From: Candidatus Moraniibacteriota bacterium
GTDB taxonomy: Bacteria; Patescibacteriota; Minisyncoccia; CAIUEV01; JAHKAQ01
NCBI GenBank assembly: GCA_014729795.1
Contig: WJJI01000021.1
Location: 1 to 57,471 of the forward strand
DNA length: 57,471 bases
Direction: 5' to 3'
Part shown: positions 41,498 to 52,322 of the stretch, in pieces
Layout: each line of letters starts with the position of its first letter
How positions within the stretch are numbered: the stretch's first letter is position 1
The notes under the pieces: model-generated
Databases searched by the model: none
Told to the model about the DNA's origin: nothing
The model's input: only the letters and a program-made list of their open reading frames with translations
Made by a program: the position numbers and the translations under genes

Positions 41498-43111
41498 ATG
41501 AGTTTTTTATATAACAAATATCGACCGCAAAAGTTTCAGGACGTAACAGGTCAAGATTTTCCGGTTCAGTCGTTGAAAAATTCCATAAAACTTGACAATA
41601 TCGGGCATGCTTTTTTATTTTGCGGCCCCAGAGGAACCGGAAAAACCAGCTTGGCTAGAATTTTTGCCAGAGCGGTAAATTGTTTGCAGCCCAATAAAGG
41701 AGAACCCTGTAATGAGTGTAAAAATTGTAAATTGATTATTAGCGGAGAAACTTTGGATATGGTAGAAATTGACGCCGCTTCTCATACCGGGGTTGATAAT
41801 ATTAGGGAATTAAAAGAAAGCTTATACGTGGTAGCCGGTGCGCTTAAATATAAAGTGTATATTATCGATGAGGTTCATATGTTGTCTAAGGGAGCTTTTA
41901 ACGCGTTGCTTAAATCTTTAGAAGAGCCGCCTAAGCAGGTAATCTTTATTTTAGCCACAACCGAATTAGGCAAGGTTCCGGCCACGGTAATCTCCAGATG
42001 TCAAAAGTTTGACTTTAAAAGATTATCCAATCAAGCAATTGTTGAAAAGTTAAAAAGAATCTTGAAGCAAGAAAACAAGAAAGCAAGTGAAGAAACCTTA
42101 AATCAAATCGCGGTGCTGGCTCAGGGGGGCATGAGAGACGCGGAAAGTTTGTTAAGTCAATTAATAAATATGAGCGATAAAGAAATTGAGTTTAAAACAG
42201 TGAAAGAATTGTTAGGCATTCCATCAAGTTTAAGTTATGCCGAGCTTTTAAACGCGATTATTCAGGACAATCAGAAACAAGCCTTTAAAATTATTACGGA
42301 TTTAGTTTATAGCGGTCAGGATATGAAGTATTATTTGGAAAATCTGCTTGATTATGTTAGAGAGATTATTGTTTATAAAATTGATTCGGACTATGAAACC
42401 GTGCTTGAGGAAAAATTTGGCACGCAAGGGACGCAGGCTATTCAAGACTTGGAGCAAAAAACAGATCAGGCTATGTTGGCAAAAATGACCGCTGAGTTTT
42501 TAAAGGCAAAGACCTTGTTGCAAGATTCTCCATTACCACAGTTGCCATTAGAGCTAGCGGTTTTAAATCTAACTCGGGCAAAAGAAAAGGAGCAACCTCA
42601 AAAAAAACAAGAAACCAATTTAAAAGCCGAAAAGATTAAAAAACAGGCTCAAACACAAGAGGAAAAATTAGTTAAGCCTGCTGTTAATCAATTCAAGGAG
42701 CAAAAAAGTTCTAAGTCTGATAAAAAGATTTTAACAAAAGCGCCGAGTAAGCAAGAGGTGTGGGCGAAGTGGAATGAGGCAGCAGAGGCAATCGGAGAGC
42801 ATAATCGGGCATTGCAGGGAGTTTTTAAAGGGGCTGAATTGATTGATGTTAGCAAGGATGGTAGATTAAAGATTGCGCTTAAGTATGATTTTTACAAAAA
42901 AAGATTGGAACAGAAGGAAGTGAAAAGATTGCTTAACCAAGTTTTTTTAAACATATTTAACTATGATTTTGATTTTGAATATATAATCAAGAAGCCTTCA
43001 GAAGGTCAAGATAACCAAAAGAAAAAAATTGGGGCTGACCAAAACAAGGTTAAGAAGGATGATCCAGTGCAGGAAATTCTTGAAGAGTTTGGAGGCGAAA
43101 TCATAGAGTAG
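41498..43111 (+). CDS. dnaX: DNA polymerase III subunit gamma/tau
   Basis: HAFLFCGPRGTGKTS Walker A, zinc-module CNECKNC, IIDEVHMLS, and SRCQKFDF sensor. Confidence 0.9.
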   Translation: MSFLYNKYRPQKFQDVTGQDFPVQSLKNSIKLDNIGHAFLFCGPRGTGKTSLARIFARAVNCLQPNKGEPCNECKNCKLIISGETLDMVEIDAASHTGVDNIRELKESLYVVAGALKYKVYIIDEVHMLSKGAFNALLKSLEEPPKQVIFILATTELGKVPATVISRCQKFDFKRLSNQAIVEKLKRILKQENKKASEETLNQIAVLAQGGMRDAESLLSQLINMSDKEIEFKTVKELLGIPSSLSYAELLNAIIQDNQKQAFKIITDLVYSGQDMKYYLENLLDYVREIIVYKIDSDYETVLEEKFGTQGTQAIQDLEQKTDQAMLAKMTAEFLKAKTLLQDSPLPQLPLELAVLNLTRAKEKEQPQKKQETNLKAEKIKKQAQTQEEKLVKPAVNQFKEQKSSKSDKKILTKAPSKQEVWAKWNEAAEAIGEHNRALQGVFKGAELIDVSKDGRLKIALKYDFYKKRLEQKEVKRLLNQVFLNIFNYDFDFEYIIKKPSEGQDNQKKKIGADQNKVKKDDPVQEILEEFGGEIIE

Positions 43112-43119
43112 CATTAAGC

Positions 43120-43194
43120 TGCCCGGTAGCCAAGCGGTAAGGCAGGGGCCTTTGAAGCCTCGATTCGCAGGTTCGAATCCTGCCCGGGCAACCA
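43120..43194 (+). tRNA. tRNA-Gln (anticodon UUG), CCA encoded
   Basis: TGCCCGGTAGCCAAGCGGTAAGGCAGGGGCCTTTGAAGCCTCGATTCGCAGGTTCGAATCCTGCCCGGGCAACCA. It has a U1-A72 pair and the D-arm GCCAAGCGGTAAGGCA as in E. coli tRNA-Gln. The anticodon loop is CTTTGAA. Confidence 0.9.
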
Positions 43195-43248
43195 TTTGAG
43201 ACTGAAATTACATGGATTAGGTTTTAAATTAATTAGTAATTTTTCCAT

Positions 43249-44520
43249 ATGAATAAGTTAAGCCAGATTTTTAAGGTAAAAGATTTGCGAAACAAAATAC
43301 TATCAATTTTGGGGATTTTAGTGGTTTTTAGATTAATGGCCTCGATTCCGGTGCCGGGGATAAATGTGGAAAAAGTGAAAGACTTCTTTTCCGGAGATCA
43401 ATTTTTTAGCATGCTCAATGTGTTTTCCGGAAGCGGTATGAGCAATTTTTCCATAGTAATGTTGGGAGTGGGGCCTTACATTACAGCCTCAATTATTATG
43501 CAGTTAATGACCATGGTTTTTCCTCAGGTAGAAAAGTGGTATCGAGAGGAAGGAGAAGCCGGCCGGCAAAAGTTTAACCAGATTACCAGGGTTTTAACCG
43601 TACCGATTTCAATTTTGCAGGGTTTTGCCATGATTAGTTATTTAAAAACCGCGCAAGTGATTGATAACCTAAACTGGTTTGAAACCGGCTTGATTGTAAT
43701 TACAGTGTGCGCGGGCACGATTTTTTTAATGTGGCTGGGAGAAATTATCACGGAAAAAGGCGTTGGCAATGGAGTTTCTTTATTGATTTTTGCCGGAATC
43801 GTGGCCGGGTTACCTAATTTTATTAAACAGCAGATAATAAGCTGGGATGAGTCGAAATTGATAACCTATTTGGCTTTTATCGCCGCGGTGATCGGGATTA
43901 TTTATTTGATTATATATGTGACAGAGGGTCAGCGGAATATTCCGGTTTCATACGCTAAAAGAATGCGAGGTTCTAAAATGATGGGCGGTAGCAATACATA
44001 CTTGCCGTTGAGAGTTAATATGGCCGGAGTTATCCCGATTATCTTTGCCATGTCAGTGATGTTTTTTCCTCAAGCGGTTTCGCTTTTGTTAAGCAAAATG
44101 GGTAACGAAACCTTGCAAAAAATCGGAATTGAGCTGGAGGCTTTTTTTAACAATACCTTGTACTACGGAATATTTTATTTTATGTTGGTGATCGGTTTCA
44201 CCTTTTTTTACACAAGAATTACCTTTCAACCAAAGAATATTGCGGAAAATTTGCAAAAAAACGGCGGTTATATTCCCGGAGTAAGGCCAGGCAAGACCAC
44301 AGAGCATTATCTGACAAGAATTGTGAATCGAATTACTTTATTTGGAGCGATTTTTTTAGGTTTAATCGCGGTTTTGCCTTATGTTATGCAGTTTGCAACC
44401 GATAATCGCTCGATGGCAATTGGCGGTACCAGTTTATTAATCGTAATCTCGGTAGTAATTGAAACTATTAAGCAAATTGAGGGGCAGCTGGTGATGAGAA
44501 GCTATGAGCGGATCGAGTAA
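43249..44520 (+). CDS. secY: Preprotein translocase subunit SecY
   Basis: LRNKILSILGILVVFRLMASIPVPGI, GVGPYITASIIMQL, and ten TM segments. Confidence 0.93.
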   Translation: MNKLSQIFKVKDLRNKILSILGILVVFRLMASIPVPGINVEKVKDFFSGDQFFSMLNVFSGSGMSNFSIVMLGVGPYITASIIMQLMTMVFPQVEKWYREEGEAGRQKFNQITRVLTVPISILQGFAMISYLKTAQVIDNLNWFETGLIVITVCAGTIFLMWLGEIITEKGVGNGVSLLIFAGIVAGLPNFIKQQIISWDESKLITYLAFIAAVIGIIYLIIYVTEGQRNIPVSYAKRMRGSKMMGGSNTYLPLRVNMAGVIPIIFAMSVMFFPQAVSLLLSKMGNETLQKIGIELEAFFNNTLYYGIFYFMLVIGFTFFYTRITFQPKNIAENLQKNGGYIPGVRPGKTTEHYLTRIVNRITLFGAIFLGLIAVLPYVMQFATDNRSMAIGGTSLLIVISVVIETIKQIEGQLVMRSYERIE

Positions 44521-44573
44521 ATTTAACTTACTTAAGCTTGCAAGTCGTGTTCAATTGTTATTAATTATTCTTC

Positions 44574-45857
44574 ATGAATCAAAATCCGGAAAAAAATCAT
44601 TTTTTAGTTTATTTTTTTATGGCCACCACGGTTTTAAGTTTTATCGCTGGTTTTTATTATGGGGGTAAAGAAATCGATGAAAGCTTAATAAGTAAAAGTC
44701 CGGAAAAGCAAGCGAATCAAGGAAAACAACAGAATTTACAACAAGATGATTTTCAGGATTTGAATCAGGCGCTTACGGTTTTAGACAAGAAATACATCAA
44801 GGAATTGCCGGACAAAGAACAGTTAAAGCAAGGAGCAATTGGCGGTTTGGTGGATTCATTAGACGATCCTTATACTTTGTACTTAAATCAGGAAGAATCA
44901 CAAGATTTTTTGACAGATATGGAAGGTAGCTTTGAAGGGATTGGAGCGGAGATTGGCATTCGCGATGAAATAATCACGGTAATCGCGCCTTTAGATGGAA
45001 TGCCGGCGCAGAAAGCCGGTTTAAAAGCCGGGGATAAAATATTAAAAATTGATGATCAGTCAACCGCGGATATGAACTTAGACGAAGCGGTTAAAAATAT
45101 ACGCGGTCCAAAAGGTACAAAAGTAAAACTGACTTTGTACCGAGAAGATAACGGCGCCGAACCTTTAGAAATAGAAATTGAAAGAGCCACTATTGATATT
45201 AAAAGCGTAGAATGGGAACTAAAGGAGAACGTTGCCTATATTAAAATTTCCGGTTTTTTGGAAGACACGGAAGAGGAGTTTGCTCAAGCGGCTCAGGAAA
45301 TAAGAGAATCCGAAGCGGAAAAAATTATCCTGGATTTGCGCAATAACCCCGGAGGTTATTTAAACACCGCTGTTGATCTCGCGGGTTATTTTCTAGAAAA
45401 GGGCTCATTGGTGGTAGAAGAGGATTATGGAGAGGATAATCAAGCCAGAAATCGCAAAGATTTCGCGACAGGAGATGAAGAACTGCTTGATTATCCGATA
45501 GTGGTATTGATAAACAAAGGCACCGCTTCAGCGGCTGAAATTTTGGCCGGGTCTATTCGAGATAACCGAGGGGTGAAATTGATCGGAGAAAAAAGCTTTG
45601 GCAAAGGTTCGGTTCAGGAATTAGAACCATTGGAAAGCGGAGGCTCAATAAAAGTAACGGTAGCAAATTGGCTAACTCCGGATGGAGTAAATCTTAATGA
45701 AGATGGTTTAACTGTTGATATTGAAGTAAAGGCTGATTCCAAAGAACCGGAACAAGAGCAAGAGGCACAGGAAGAAGACATTGAAGAAAATGATAATCGG
45801 CAACAAAGTCAAGATGAGGTTGATCCGGTTTTGCAGCGAGCCTTGCAAGAATTATAA
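44574..45857 (+). CDS. ctpA: S41 family C-terminal processing peptidase with PDZ domain
   Basis: PDZ region PAQKAGLKAGDKILKIDD. Catalytic region NKGTASAAEILAGSIRD...GEKSFGKGSVQ. N-terminal TM anchor. Confidence 0.85.
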   Translation: MNQNPEKNHFLVYFFMATTVLSFIAGFYYGGKEIDESLISKSPEKQANQGKQQNLQQDDFQDLNQALTVLDKKYIKELPDKEQLKQGAIGGLVDSLDDPYTLYLNQEESQDFLTDMEGSFEGIGAEIGIRDEIITVIAPLDGMPAQKAGLKAGDKILKIDDQSTADMNLDEAVKNIRGPKGTKVKLTLYREDNGAEPLEIEIERATIDIKSVEWELKENVAYIKISGFLEDTEEEFAQAAQEIRESEAEKIILDLRNNPGGYLNTAVDLAGYFLEKGSLVVEEDYGEDNQARNRKDFATGDEELLDYPIVVLINKGTASAAEILAGSIRDNRGVKLIGEKSFGKGSVQELEPLESGGSIKVTVANWLTPDGVNLNEDGLTVDIEVKADSKEPEQEQEAQEEDIEENDNRQQSQDEVDPVLQRALQEL

Positions 45858-45866
45858 TTATAAATT

Positions 45867-46349
45867 TTAAGCCAAAGCCTTAATTTTTTTAGCAAGTTTG
45901 GCCAGTTTTTGATCATCTGCTCTTTGGTAATCATGAGAGGAGATATAGCCCGGGTACTGTTGGAAATATTTATTAAGAGGTTGGGCTAGTTTTTTCCAAG
46001 CGTCTGTTTTGGTACCATGCATAGGGAAAAGCTTGGCATGAATATGATCAACCCCAAAACCTTCAAAGATTAAACCAGTGCGTCCGACATCATCAAAGGC
46101 CTTATCTAAAAGCAAACCTACTTTTTTAGTCGCTTTGACTAGACCGCATAAAACACGATCTTCTAAAGCAAAAGCATAGCTTGGGTAGTGTTTTTTAGGG
46201 ATTACTACGGAAAAGCCTTGAGTGTTGGGAAAAATAGAAAGAAAAGCCAAGTAGTGTTGATCTTGGTAAATCTCATGACAAGGCATTTTACCTTGAACAA
46301 TTTGGCAAAATATACAATTTCGGTTACCGGTTTGGTTTTTGTTTGACAT
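45867..46349 (-). CDS. HIT-family protein (variant triad)
   Basis: CIFCQIVQGKMPCHEIYQD N-terminus. The triad region reads GVDHIHAKLFP, i.e. H-x-H-x-K instead of H-x-H-x-H. Confidence 0.7.
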   Translation of the reverse strand: MSNKNQTGNRNCIFCQIVQGKMPCHEIYQDQHYLAFLSIFPNTQGFSVVIPKKHYPSYAFALEDRVLCGLVKATKKVGLLLDKAFDDVGRTGLIFEGFGVDHIHAKLFPMHGTKTDAWKKLAQPLNKYFQQYPGYISSHDYQRADDQKLAKLAKKIKALA

Positions 46350-46443
46350 AGGAATTGAAGTTAATAATTAATGTGAATATCTATTTGATCGAGCGCTTGG
46401 CTTTATGATTATGAAAAGCCATTAAAGAATAAGCTTGTTTTTT

Positions 46444-47007
46444 TTAATCAAATTGTTCGACCCATTGTTTAAAAGTTGCAATTTTTTCTTGAGAAAAATC
46501 AAATGACCGGATTTGTTTTAGAATATCAGTTTGGGTTTCTTTTTCAAATAAGCGACCCGGTTTTTTGGAATAAAATAAATCGGCATAACTGATGATCTTT
46601 TGTTCTAAAGTGGAAGGTAAAAAATTTTGTTTTGGTAGCGGCCAGCTATGTTTTTGGATCTCCTGTTTTTTTAATCCGACTCCGATGTGATTAGCAGCTA
46701 CTTGAGCATGTTTTGGAAGATTTTCTTGAATTAAAATTTTACTACCCCAATATCCATGACCTAGATAAAAGTTTTGTTTTTTAATCAAAGGTAAAAAACG
46801 ATCTTGATTGTTGGGAATATCCGGTAAATTAAAACCGATGTCATGCAGTAAAGCTGCTTGGTGAATAAACTCTTGGTCCGCTTCAGGGTATTTTTCTTTG
46901 GCTATGCTTAAAGCCAGATTAGCTACAAGTATGCTGTGAATTATAAGAATTTGATAATTTTTTGAATTCGGGTTATGATATTGATTAATAATTTGAAAGG
47001 GTTGCAT
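46444..47007 (-). CDS. HD-domain phosphohydrolase
   Basis: H...LHDIG motif (AALLHDIGF) and downstream GHGYWG / ANHIG histidines. Confidence 0.6.
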   Translation of the reverse strand: MQPFQIINQYHNPNSKNYQILIIHSILVANLALSIAKEKYPEADQEFIHQAALLHDIGFNLPDIPNNQDRFLPLIKKQNFYLGHGYWGSKILIQENLPKHAQVAANHIGVGLKKQEIQKHSWPLPKQNFLPSTLEQKIISYADLFYSKKPGRLFEKETQTDILKQIRSFDFSQEKIATFKQWVEQFD

Positions 47008-47209
47008 ACAGGAAATTGCATTAAAAGGTTAAATACGATTATATAATAAATTATACACAAAAAAAGACAAAACAAAAGAAAAATTATTAATCGCGTGAGC
47101 CCCAGGAGTTTAGCTCGGGGTATTTAAATGATTCACGGGTTTGGAAATTCTTTGAGAAAACCCCTTTTTACTTAGGGATCGTTACCCATTAAATTAATTA
47201 CCAATAAAT

Positions 47210-47473
47210 ATGTTAGATTGCTACCAAACTTTAGGAATTGAGCCAAGCGCGGATTTGGCTCAGATTAAAAAAGCTTATCGAGGTTTGTTGTTTAAGCATC
47301 ATCCGGATAAAGGCGGTGACCATTATGATTGTCTTAGGATAAATCAAGCCTATAAGCAGGCTTGCCAAAGATTAGAGCAGAACCAAGAACAAAGAAGTTT
47401 CTTTGTAGCCACGGGCTTGCTGATACTTGGCGGATTGGTTTTTTTGTGGTTAAGCGACTCGCAAAGCGAATAA
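47210..47473 (+). CDS. J-domain (DnaJ-like) protein with C-terminal TM helix
   Basis: DCYQTLGIEPSADLAQIKKAYRGLLFKHHPDKGGD contains the HPD motif. C-terminal FFVATGLLILGGLVFLWL. Confidence 0.75.
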   Translation: MLDCYQTLGIEPSADLAQIKKAYRGLLFKHHPDKGGDHYDCLRINQAYKQACQRLEQNQEQRSFFVATGLLILGGLVFLWLSDSQSE

Positions 47474-47561
47474 AATCATGGCGGTTCCGAATTGATCAAA
47501 GTTGACAATTATTATTATTTCGGCTATAGACAGTAGAAAGGCTAAACAATTAATTTATTTC

Positions 47562-47915
47562 ATGCAATCAGACTTGCTAACCCAACAACAAAAAAGAAAC
47601 CCTAAAAAAACAGTGGCTCGGAAAACTAAATTTGTTAATACCGATTCTAAAAACAAAACCGGAAAAAAAGAATCAGAACAAATAGATCATTTGTACTTGG
47701 TTAGCGAAAATCAGGATCGAGAGGAAGGGGAAAGACTAAAAAGATTAATAATTGAGCTTTTAAACCCGGAAGAACAAAATCAATTTCAAAAACAAATTGA
47801 CGCGGAATTTGTTAATATTTTAGCAAGAGGGGTGCAATCTTATAGCTTGGCGGTTGAATTAGCCGCTCGGAATTGGGTGAATCGTTGGGATTATAATAAT
47901 TTTATTGACCGTTAA
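47562..47915 (+). CDS. Hypothetical protein
   Basis: The track ORF opens at TTG 47502. The first ATG is at 47562 (MQSDLLTQQQKRNPKK). Basic N-terminus and no recognisable motif. Confidence 0.35.
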   Translation: MQSDLLTQQQKRNPKKTVARKTKFVNTDSKNKTGKKESEQIDHLYLVSENQDREEGERLKRLIIELLNPEEQNQFQKQIDAEFVNILARGVQSYSLAVELAARNWVNRWDYNNFIDR

Positions 47916-48065
47916 AGCCAAAAGGACAGATTATCCCAGGATTGTTAGTCGAGAAGCTTGATAATATCGGGTTATTTTTTCTGTTTACCAATAATATGGT
48001 TTAAGGCTAAAGGAGTTGATAATAATTTGTAATGAATAATAGTTTTTTTGTGTTGATCAAAAAAA

Positions 48066-49019
48066 CTAGGTTTTAGGGTCGGATTCATCCTGGATTTCAA
48101 AACGAAATACCTCTTCGATAATATCTTCCATGGTGATAACTCCGAGAAATTTTTTTTGAGAGTCAATCACCGGCGCAATATGAATTCTTTTTTTGGCGAA
48201 AGTGTTCAAAAGGGTACCGATTCTGGTGTTAGGCGTGGTTTTGATAAGCTTGTCTTTTCTGGCAATGGAGTCGATTCTTTTGCCTGATTTTTGCAGCAAG
48301 TCTTTCACAAAGAGAATACTAGTGATTTGATTGGCGGAAGCTCGGTAAACCGGGATACGAGAATAGCCGCTTTGATTGATTTTTATTAGTAATCGGGGAG
48401 TGATTCTAGTTTTTTCCGATAAGAGCAATACTTGATTTTTTGGAGTCATGATGTGCTTGACCTTTTTTTTGGAAAAAGAAAGCGCGCCTAAAATAATTTG
48501 CTCTTCTTTAGTGTTAAGATCGGATATTTTAGAATCTTCATGAAATTTGATAATTTCTTTAAGCTCGGCTCTGGACCAAATTGTGGGGGTCTCGGTTCCT
48601 AAAATTTTATCCAGTAGCCAAGCCAGGGGCGCGGCTAAAGGATAAAGCAGTATGATAAAGAATTTAATTAAATCGGCGGATTTGGAGCCAATACTCATGG
48701 CAAATCGTGAAACCACGGCTTGAGGAAAAATTTCACCAAAAATAACAATCAAGCTGGTGGCGATAATTCCGGCTACAAGACCATTGAGCAGGCTACCCAA
48801 AATAATCGAGAGAGCGGAGTTGACCGCGACATTACCAATCAGGAGAGTGCAAAGCAAAAGATTAGGATTTTTGCGAACCGAGAGTATTTTTTTAGCTTGT
48901 TTGTTGTTAAGCCGAGCTTTACGTTCAAGTTCGGTTTTATTTAGACTAAAAAAACCCAGAGTTAACCCGGAAAATAAACCTGATAGGATGATTAATAAAA
49001 ATGAAATAAGAAAACTCAC
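48066..49019 (-). CDS. CNNM/DUF21 + CBS-pair transporter-family protein (HlyC/CorC-like)
   Basis: GTG start. DUF21 region LSGLFSGLTLGFFSL...LLIGNVAVN...EIFPQA followed by CBS-like IMTPKN...RIPVY...GVITMEDIIEE. Confidence 0.8.
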   Translation of the reverse strand: MSFLISFLLIILSGLFSGLTLGFFSLNKTELERKARLNNKQAKKILSVRKNPNLLLCTLLIGNVAVNSALSIILGSLLNGLVAGIIATSLIVIFGEIFPQAVVSRFAMSIGSKSADLIKFFIILLYPLAAPLAWLLDKILGTETPTIWSRAELKEIIKFHEDSKISDLNTKEEQIILGALSFSKKKVKHIMTPKNQVLLLSEKTRITPRLLIKINQSGYSRIPVYRASANQITSILFVKDLLQKSGKRIDSIARKDKLIKTTPNTRIGTLLNTFAKKRIHIAPVIDSQKKFLGVITMEDIIEEVFRFEIQDESDPKT

Positions 49020-49345
49020 AGATTTAGGAATTTATTAGGGCGAAGCAGTCTTATAAATTTGATAAGACCGTTTAGCCGCGTGTTTATTAGTTTAAATTAA
49101 ACAATTTGATGAAAGTCATTTATATTGTTGGTTATTGATCTTTAAACTCGAAACTCGACTTTTTTTGATTGCTTGGATTTGTCTCAGACTGAGAGTTTAT
49201 CGGCAATAAAATATATTGATAGTCATCCAAAGTTTATTTTTTGGAAATTAATCTAAGAATTTTCAGCAAGAAGCCGTAAATCTTGATTTGACTCTATGTA
49301 TATTATAATAGAAAATAGGTAGATAAATCAATATTATTATTTAAT

Positions 49346-50674
49346 ATGAAGGAAATTAAAAATTCGGCTTTAGAATACCATGGTAAAAACCCGCCCGGGA
49401 AAATAGCCACCAAGATAACAAAATCTTGTAGAAATCAAAGAGATTTAAGTTTGGCTTATTCTCCCGGGGTGGCAGAGGTAAGCATGGCTATCGCTAAGAA
49501 TCCAAAGAGGCTAAACCAATATACTAACCGGGGCAATTATATCGCGGTGATAACCGATGGAAGTGCGATTTTAGGTTTAGGCGATTTAGGTCCGGAGGCG
49601 GCTTATCCGGTAATGGAGGGCAAAGCCTTGCTTTTTAAGAAATTTGCCGATGTTGATGCTTCACCGATTTGTTTGAATATAGCGGGAGCGGATGACTCGG
49701 CTAAAAAAAAGCGTTTGGTTAAGACTGTAAAGGCGCTGGAACCAACGTTTGGCGGAATTAATCTAGAGGATATTAAAGCGCCAGCATGTTTTGAAATCGA
49801 GCAACAACTTAAAAAGAATTTAAAAATTCCAGTGTTTCATGATGATCAACATGGAACCGCTATTATAACTTTAGCCGCTTTATTCAATGCCTTGGAGCTG
49901 ACAGGCAAGAGAATTCAGGAGGTAAAATGCGTGTTTTTAGGAGCCGGGGCGGCCGGAATCGCAACCGCTTCTTTATTTGCGCGAGCAGGAGTTTTAAAGC
50001 GTAACATTATTATGAGCGATTCCACCGGGATTTTGCATCAAGATCGGAAAAAGAATATGAATAAATATAAAAGACAATGGGCAACAAAAATTCAATGTCG
50101 ATCTTTAAAGCAAGCCATGCGGGGCGCTGATGTTTTTGTGGGGGTATCCGGGAGGGATTTGGTAACTCAGGCAATGGTAAAGTCCATGAACGTGAAACCG
50201 ATTATCTTTGCCATGGCCAATCCTTGGCCGGAAATTAAGCCGGAAAAAGCTAAACAAGCCGGCGCTTTCGTGGTGGGGACCGGACGGTCAGATTATGAGA
50301 ATCAAATAAATAATGTTTTGGGTTTCCCGGGGGTTTTTCGAGGAGTTTTAGATACACATGCCAGAGAAATTAACGATCAAATGAAAATTGCCGCGGCTCA
50401 GGCTTTGGCGCAATTGGCTAAAGAACCGATACCGGCAAAGGTTAAAAATGAATTGAAAAGGGCTTACGCTAAGGAGGCAAAACATGGGATTTTTGATCAA
50501 AAAAATCCCTTGGCGCCGAATTACGTAATTCCTAAACCATTAGACTCGAGAGTGGCTCCTCGGGTAGCCAGAGAGGTAGCTAAGGCCGCTATGGAAACAC
50601 GAGTGGCTCAAAAAAGCATTGAAAACCGGACTAAATACGAGAAACAAATAGCGATGAGACTGGCCGCGGTTTAA
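49346..50674 (+). CDS. NAD(P)-dependent malic enzyme
   Basis: ALEYHGKNPPGKI...DLSLAYSPGVA, GGINLEDI, FHDDQHGTAI, Rossmann loop FLGAGAAG, and FAMANPWPE. Confidence 0.88.
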   Translation: MKEIKNSALEYHGKNPPGKIATKITKSCRNQRDLSLAYSPGVAEVSMAIAKNPKRLNQYTNRGNYIAVITDGSAILGLGDLGPEAAYPVMEGKALLFKKFADVDASPICLNIAGADDSAKKKRLVKTVKALEPTFGGINLEDIKAPACFEIEQQLKKNLKIPVFHDDQHGTAIITLAALFNALELTGKRIQEVKCVFLGAGAAGIATASLFARAGVLKRNIIMSDSTGILHQDRKKNMNKYKRQWATKIQCRSLKQAMRGADVFVGVSGRDLVTQAMVKSMNVKPIIFAMANPWPEIKPEKAKQAGAFVVGTGRSDYENQINNVLGFPGVFRGVLDTHAREINDQMKIAAAQALAQLAKEPIPAKVKNELKRAYAKEAKHGIFDQKNPLAPNYVIPKPLDSRVAPRVAREVAKAAMETRVAQKSIENRTKYEKQIAMRLAAV

Positions 50675-50756
50675 ATAATAAGAAACAGCCAAAACAAGAC
50701 AGCCAGGTCATTTTTTCAGTAAGAACAGTCAATTAGGCTTGTGATTAAAAAAAAGA

Positions 50757-51823
50757 TTAAAATGGAATTGATAATAACTCGAGAAGGTTTAAGTTGAGGT
50801 TAGTTTGAGTTTTTTTAATTATAGCCAACCAAATAAGCACTATTCTTACAAAACTAAACAGCCCGCCTTCCAACCAAGACTGAACCAACAGATTGTGAGC
50901 ATGAGGGATAGCTTTTTCCGGATAAGAGCCGAGAAATTTTTAATAATCCAGAAAGAATGATTAAAGTTGTTGGCGCCAATACCAAATAGCCAATGATTTT
51001 GAATAATTTTTCCGGAAATTTGATAAACTACCAAACGAGCATCGGCGGAGTTTTTTTGGTTAAGTAAGTTTGTTTGGTAAAATATAGCCAAGATTGTCGC
51101 TATAAGAGCGCCTAAAGATTGAGTAAGCAGCAAGAGGATAAAAAAAATCAAGCTAAGCAAACAATAAAAAAACCGGATTTTCTTTGTCCGCGGGCTAAGA
51201 ACAATGAACAGATCACAGCGAGTCCCAGATGAAAGGCAAGATAATTAGGGTGTCCGAATAAAACCGGTCTTTGGTGGTAACTAAAAAAAGTGGTAAGGTG
51301 ATAGTAATAGGAGTGAAAAGGTTCTATCAGGTTTTGAATCGGGGTGAGGTTAGAAAAAAATAAATACTTAAACATAAGCCAAGCACTAAAAAGACAATGG
51401 TTGATAGAAAATAAGCGCGAAGAATAGTCGTTAGTTTTAAACACCGGGTTTGAAGCAAGTATTTAATAGCGAGTTTGAAAATAATCGGGATTACGTAGAA
51501 ATTAAAAATCAGACTAATAGAAAGGATTGCTTCCAGTTGGCTTAAGTTGACTAAAAAAGAGATGACGAGGTCGGTTAAAAAAAGAATTAATCCGGCAAAG
51601 AGTAAAGATCTTGAACGCAAAGAATTTAGCAAATATTGTAGAAATCTTATGGATTTGATTTGGATAAAATGAAAGCCAAAAAGATGCCGATTACAAAATT
51701 AAGAGCATTAATTGAATTATGCTCCTGAATTAATGAGAGGCGCAGGATATAGAGCGGTAAAATGAGAAAAATCGCTAAACCAAGTAAAGGTAATACTTTG
51801 CTTTTATTGCGAAAATAAAGCAT
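50757..51823 (-). pseudogene. O-antigen ligase / Wzy_C-family membrane protein, frameshifted
   Basis: The reading frame is split over at least 4 pieces in different frames: an MLYFRNKSK... start at 51823 that ends at a TAA, then the track ORFs 51327-51632, 51148-51444 and 50846-51160. The conserved C-terminal PEKAIPHAHNLLVQSWLEGGLF lies in yet another frame and ends at 50757. Confidence 0.6.
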
Positions 51824-52002
51824 GGAAATAATTAACTGAGTGATTTTAGTCGAGACAGGCTTTGAGTAGCAATTTACTGTATGGTTGTTTTATCAGACAC
51901 AATCACATTATTGATAAAAAACGAACAATTGGCAATAATGGAACCAGAACCAAAAAGGTTTTTTAAAGCTAAGCTTAATAATCTAAATAATTAAAAAATA
52001 TT

Positions 52003-52281
52003 ATGCACGAACAAGAACATTTTACCAAGGAACAAGCTAAAGAAATTGGAAAAAAATTGGGCATTGATTGGAGTAATTTTGACGTGGAGCAGTTTCGGCA
52101 CGGTATGGATGTTGAACTAGAGCATGGCAGCCACGATCCAAACACGGATGTTTCCGGAGATGATCCAATGATCACAGGAAAGATTACCCTGGCGCATTTA
52201 AATGAATTTCCGGATTATTATGACCGTTTGGATAAAATGGAGCATGAGGCTCATGAATATTGGGATAATCAGGAAGGATAA
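52003..52281 (+). CDS. Small conserved hypothetical protein (DUF5661-like, tentative)
   Basis: 92 aa, acidic, with FRHGMDVELEHG...ITLAHLNEFPDYYDRLDKME. The family name comes from memory of similar motifs and is low confidence. Confidence 0.45.
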   Translation: MHEQEHFTKEQAKEIGKKLGIDWSNFDVEQFRHGMDVELEHGSHDPNTDVSGDDPMITGKITLAHLNEFPDYYDRLDKMEHEAHEYWDNQEG

Positions 52282-52322
52282 AGATTGAGTCGCGCTGTTT
52301 AATTTAACATTGAATTTGTTTA

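Noticed and set aside
42998-43195. 65-aa minus-strand ORF
   Set aside because: It overlaps the dnaX 3' end and the whole tRNA-Gln gene, so it is spurious.
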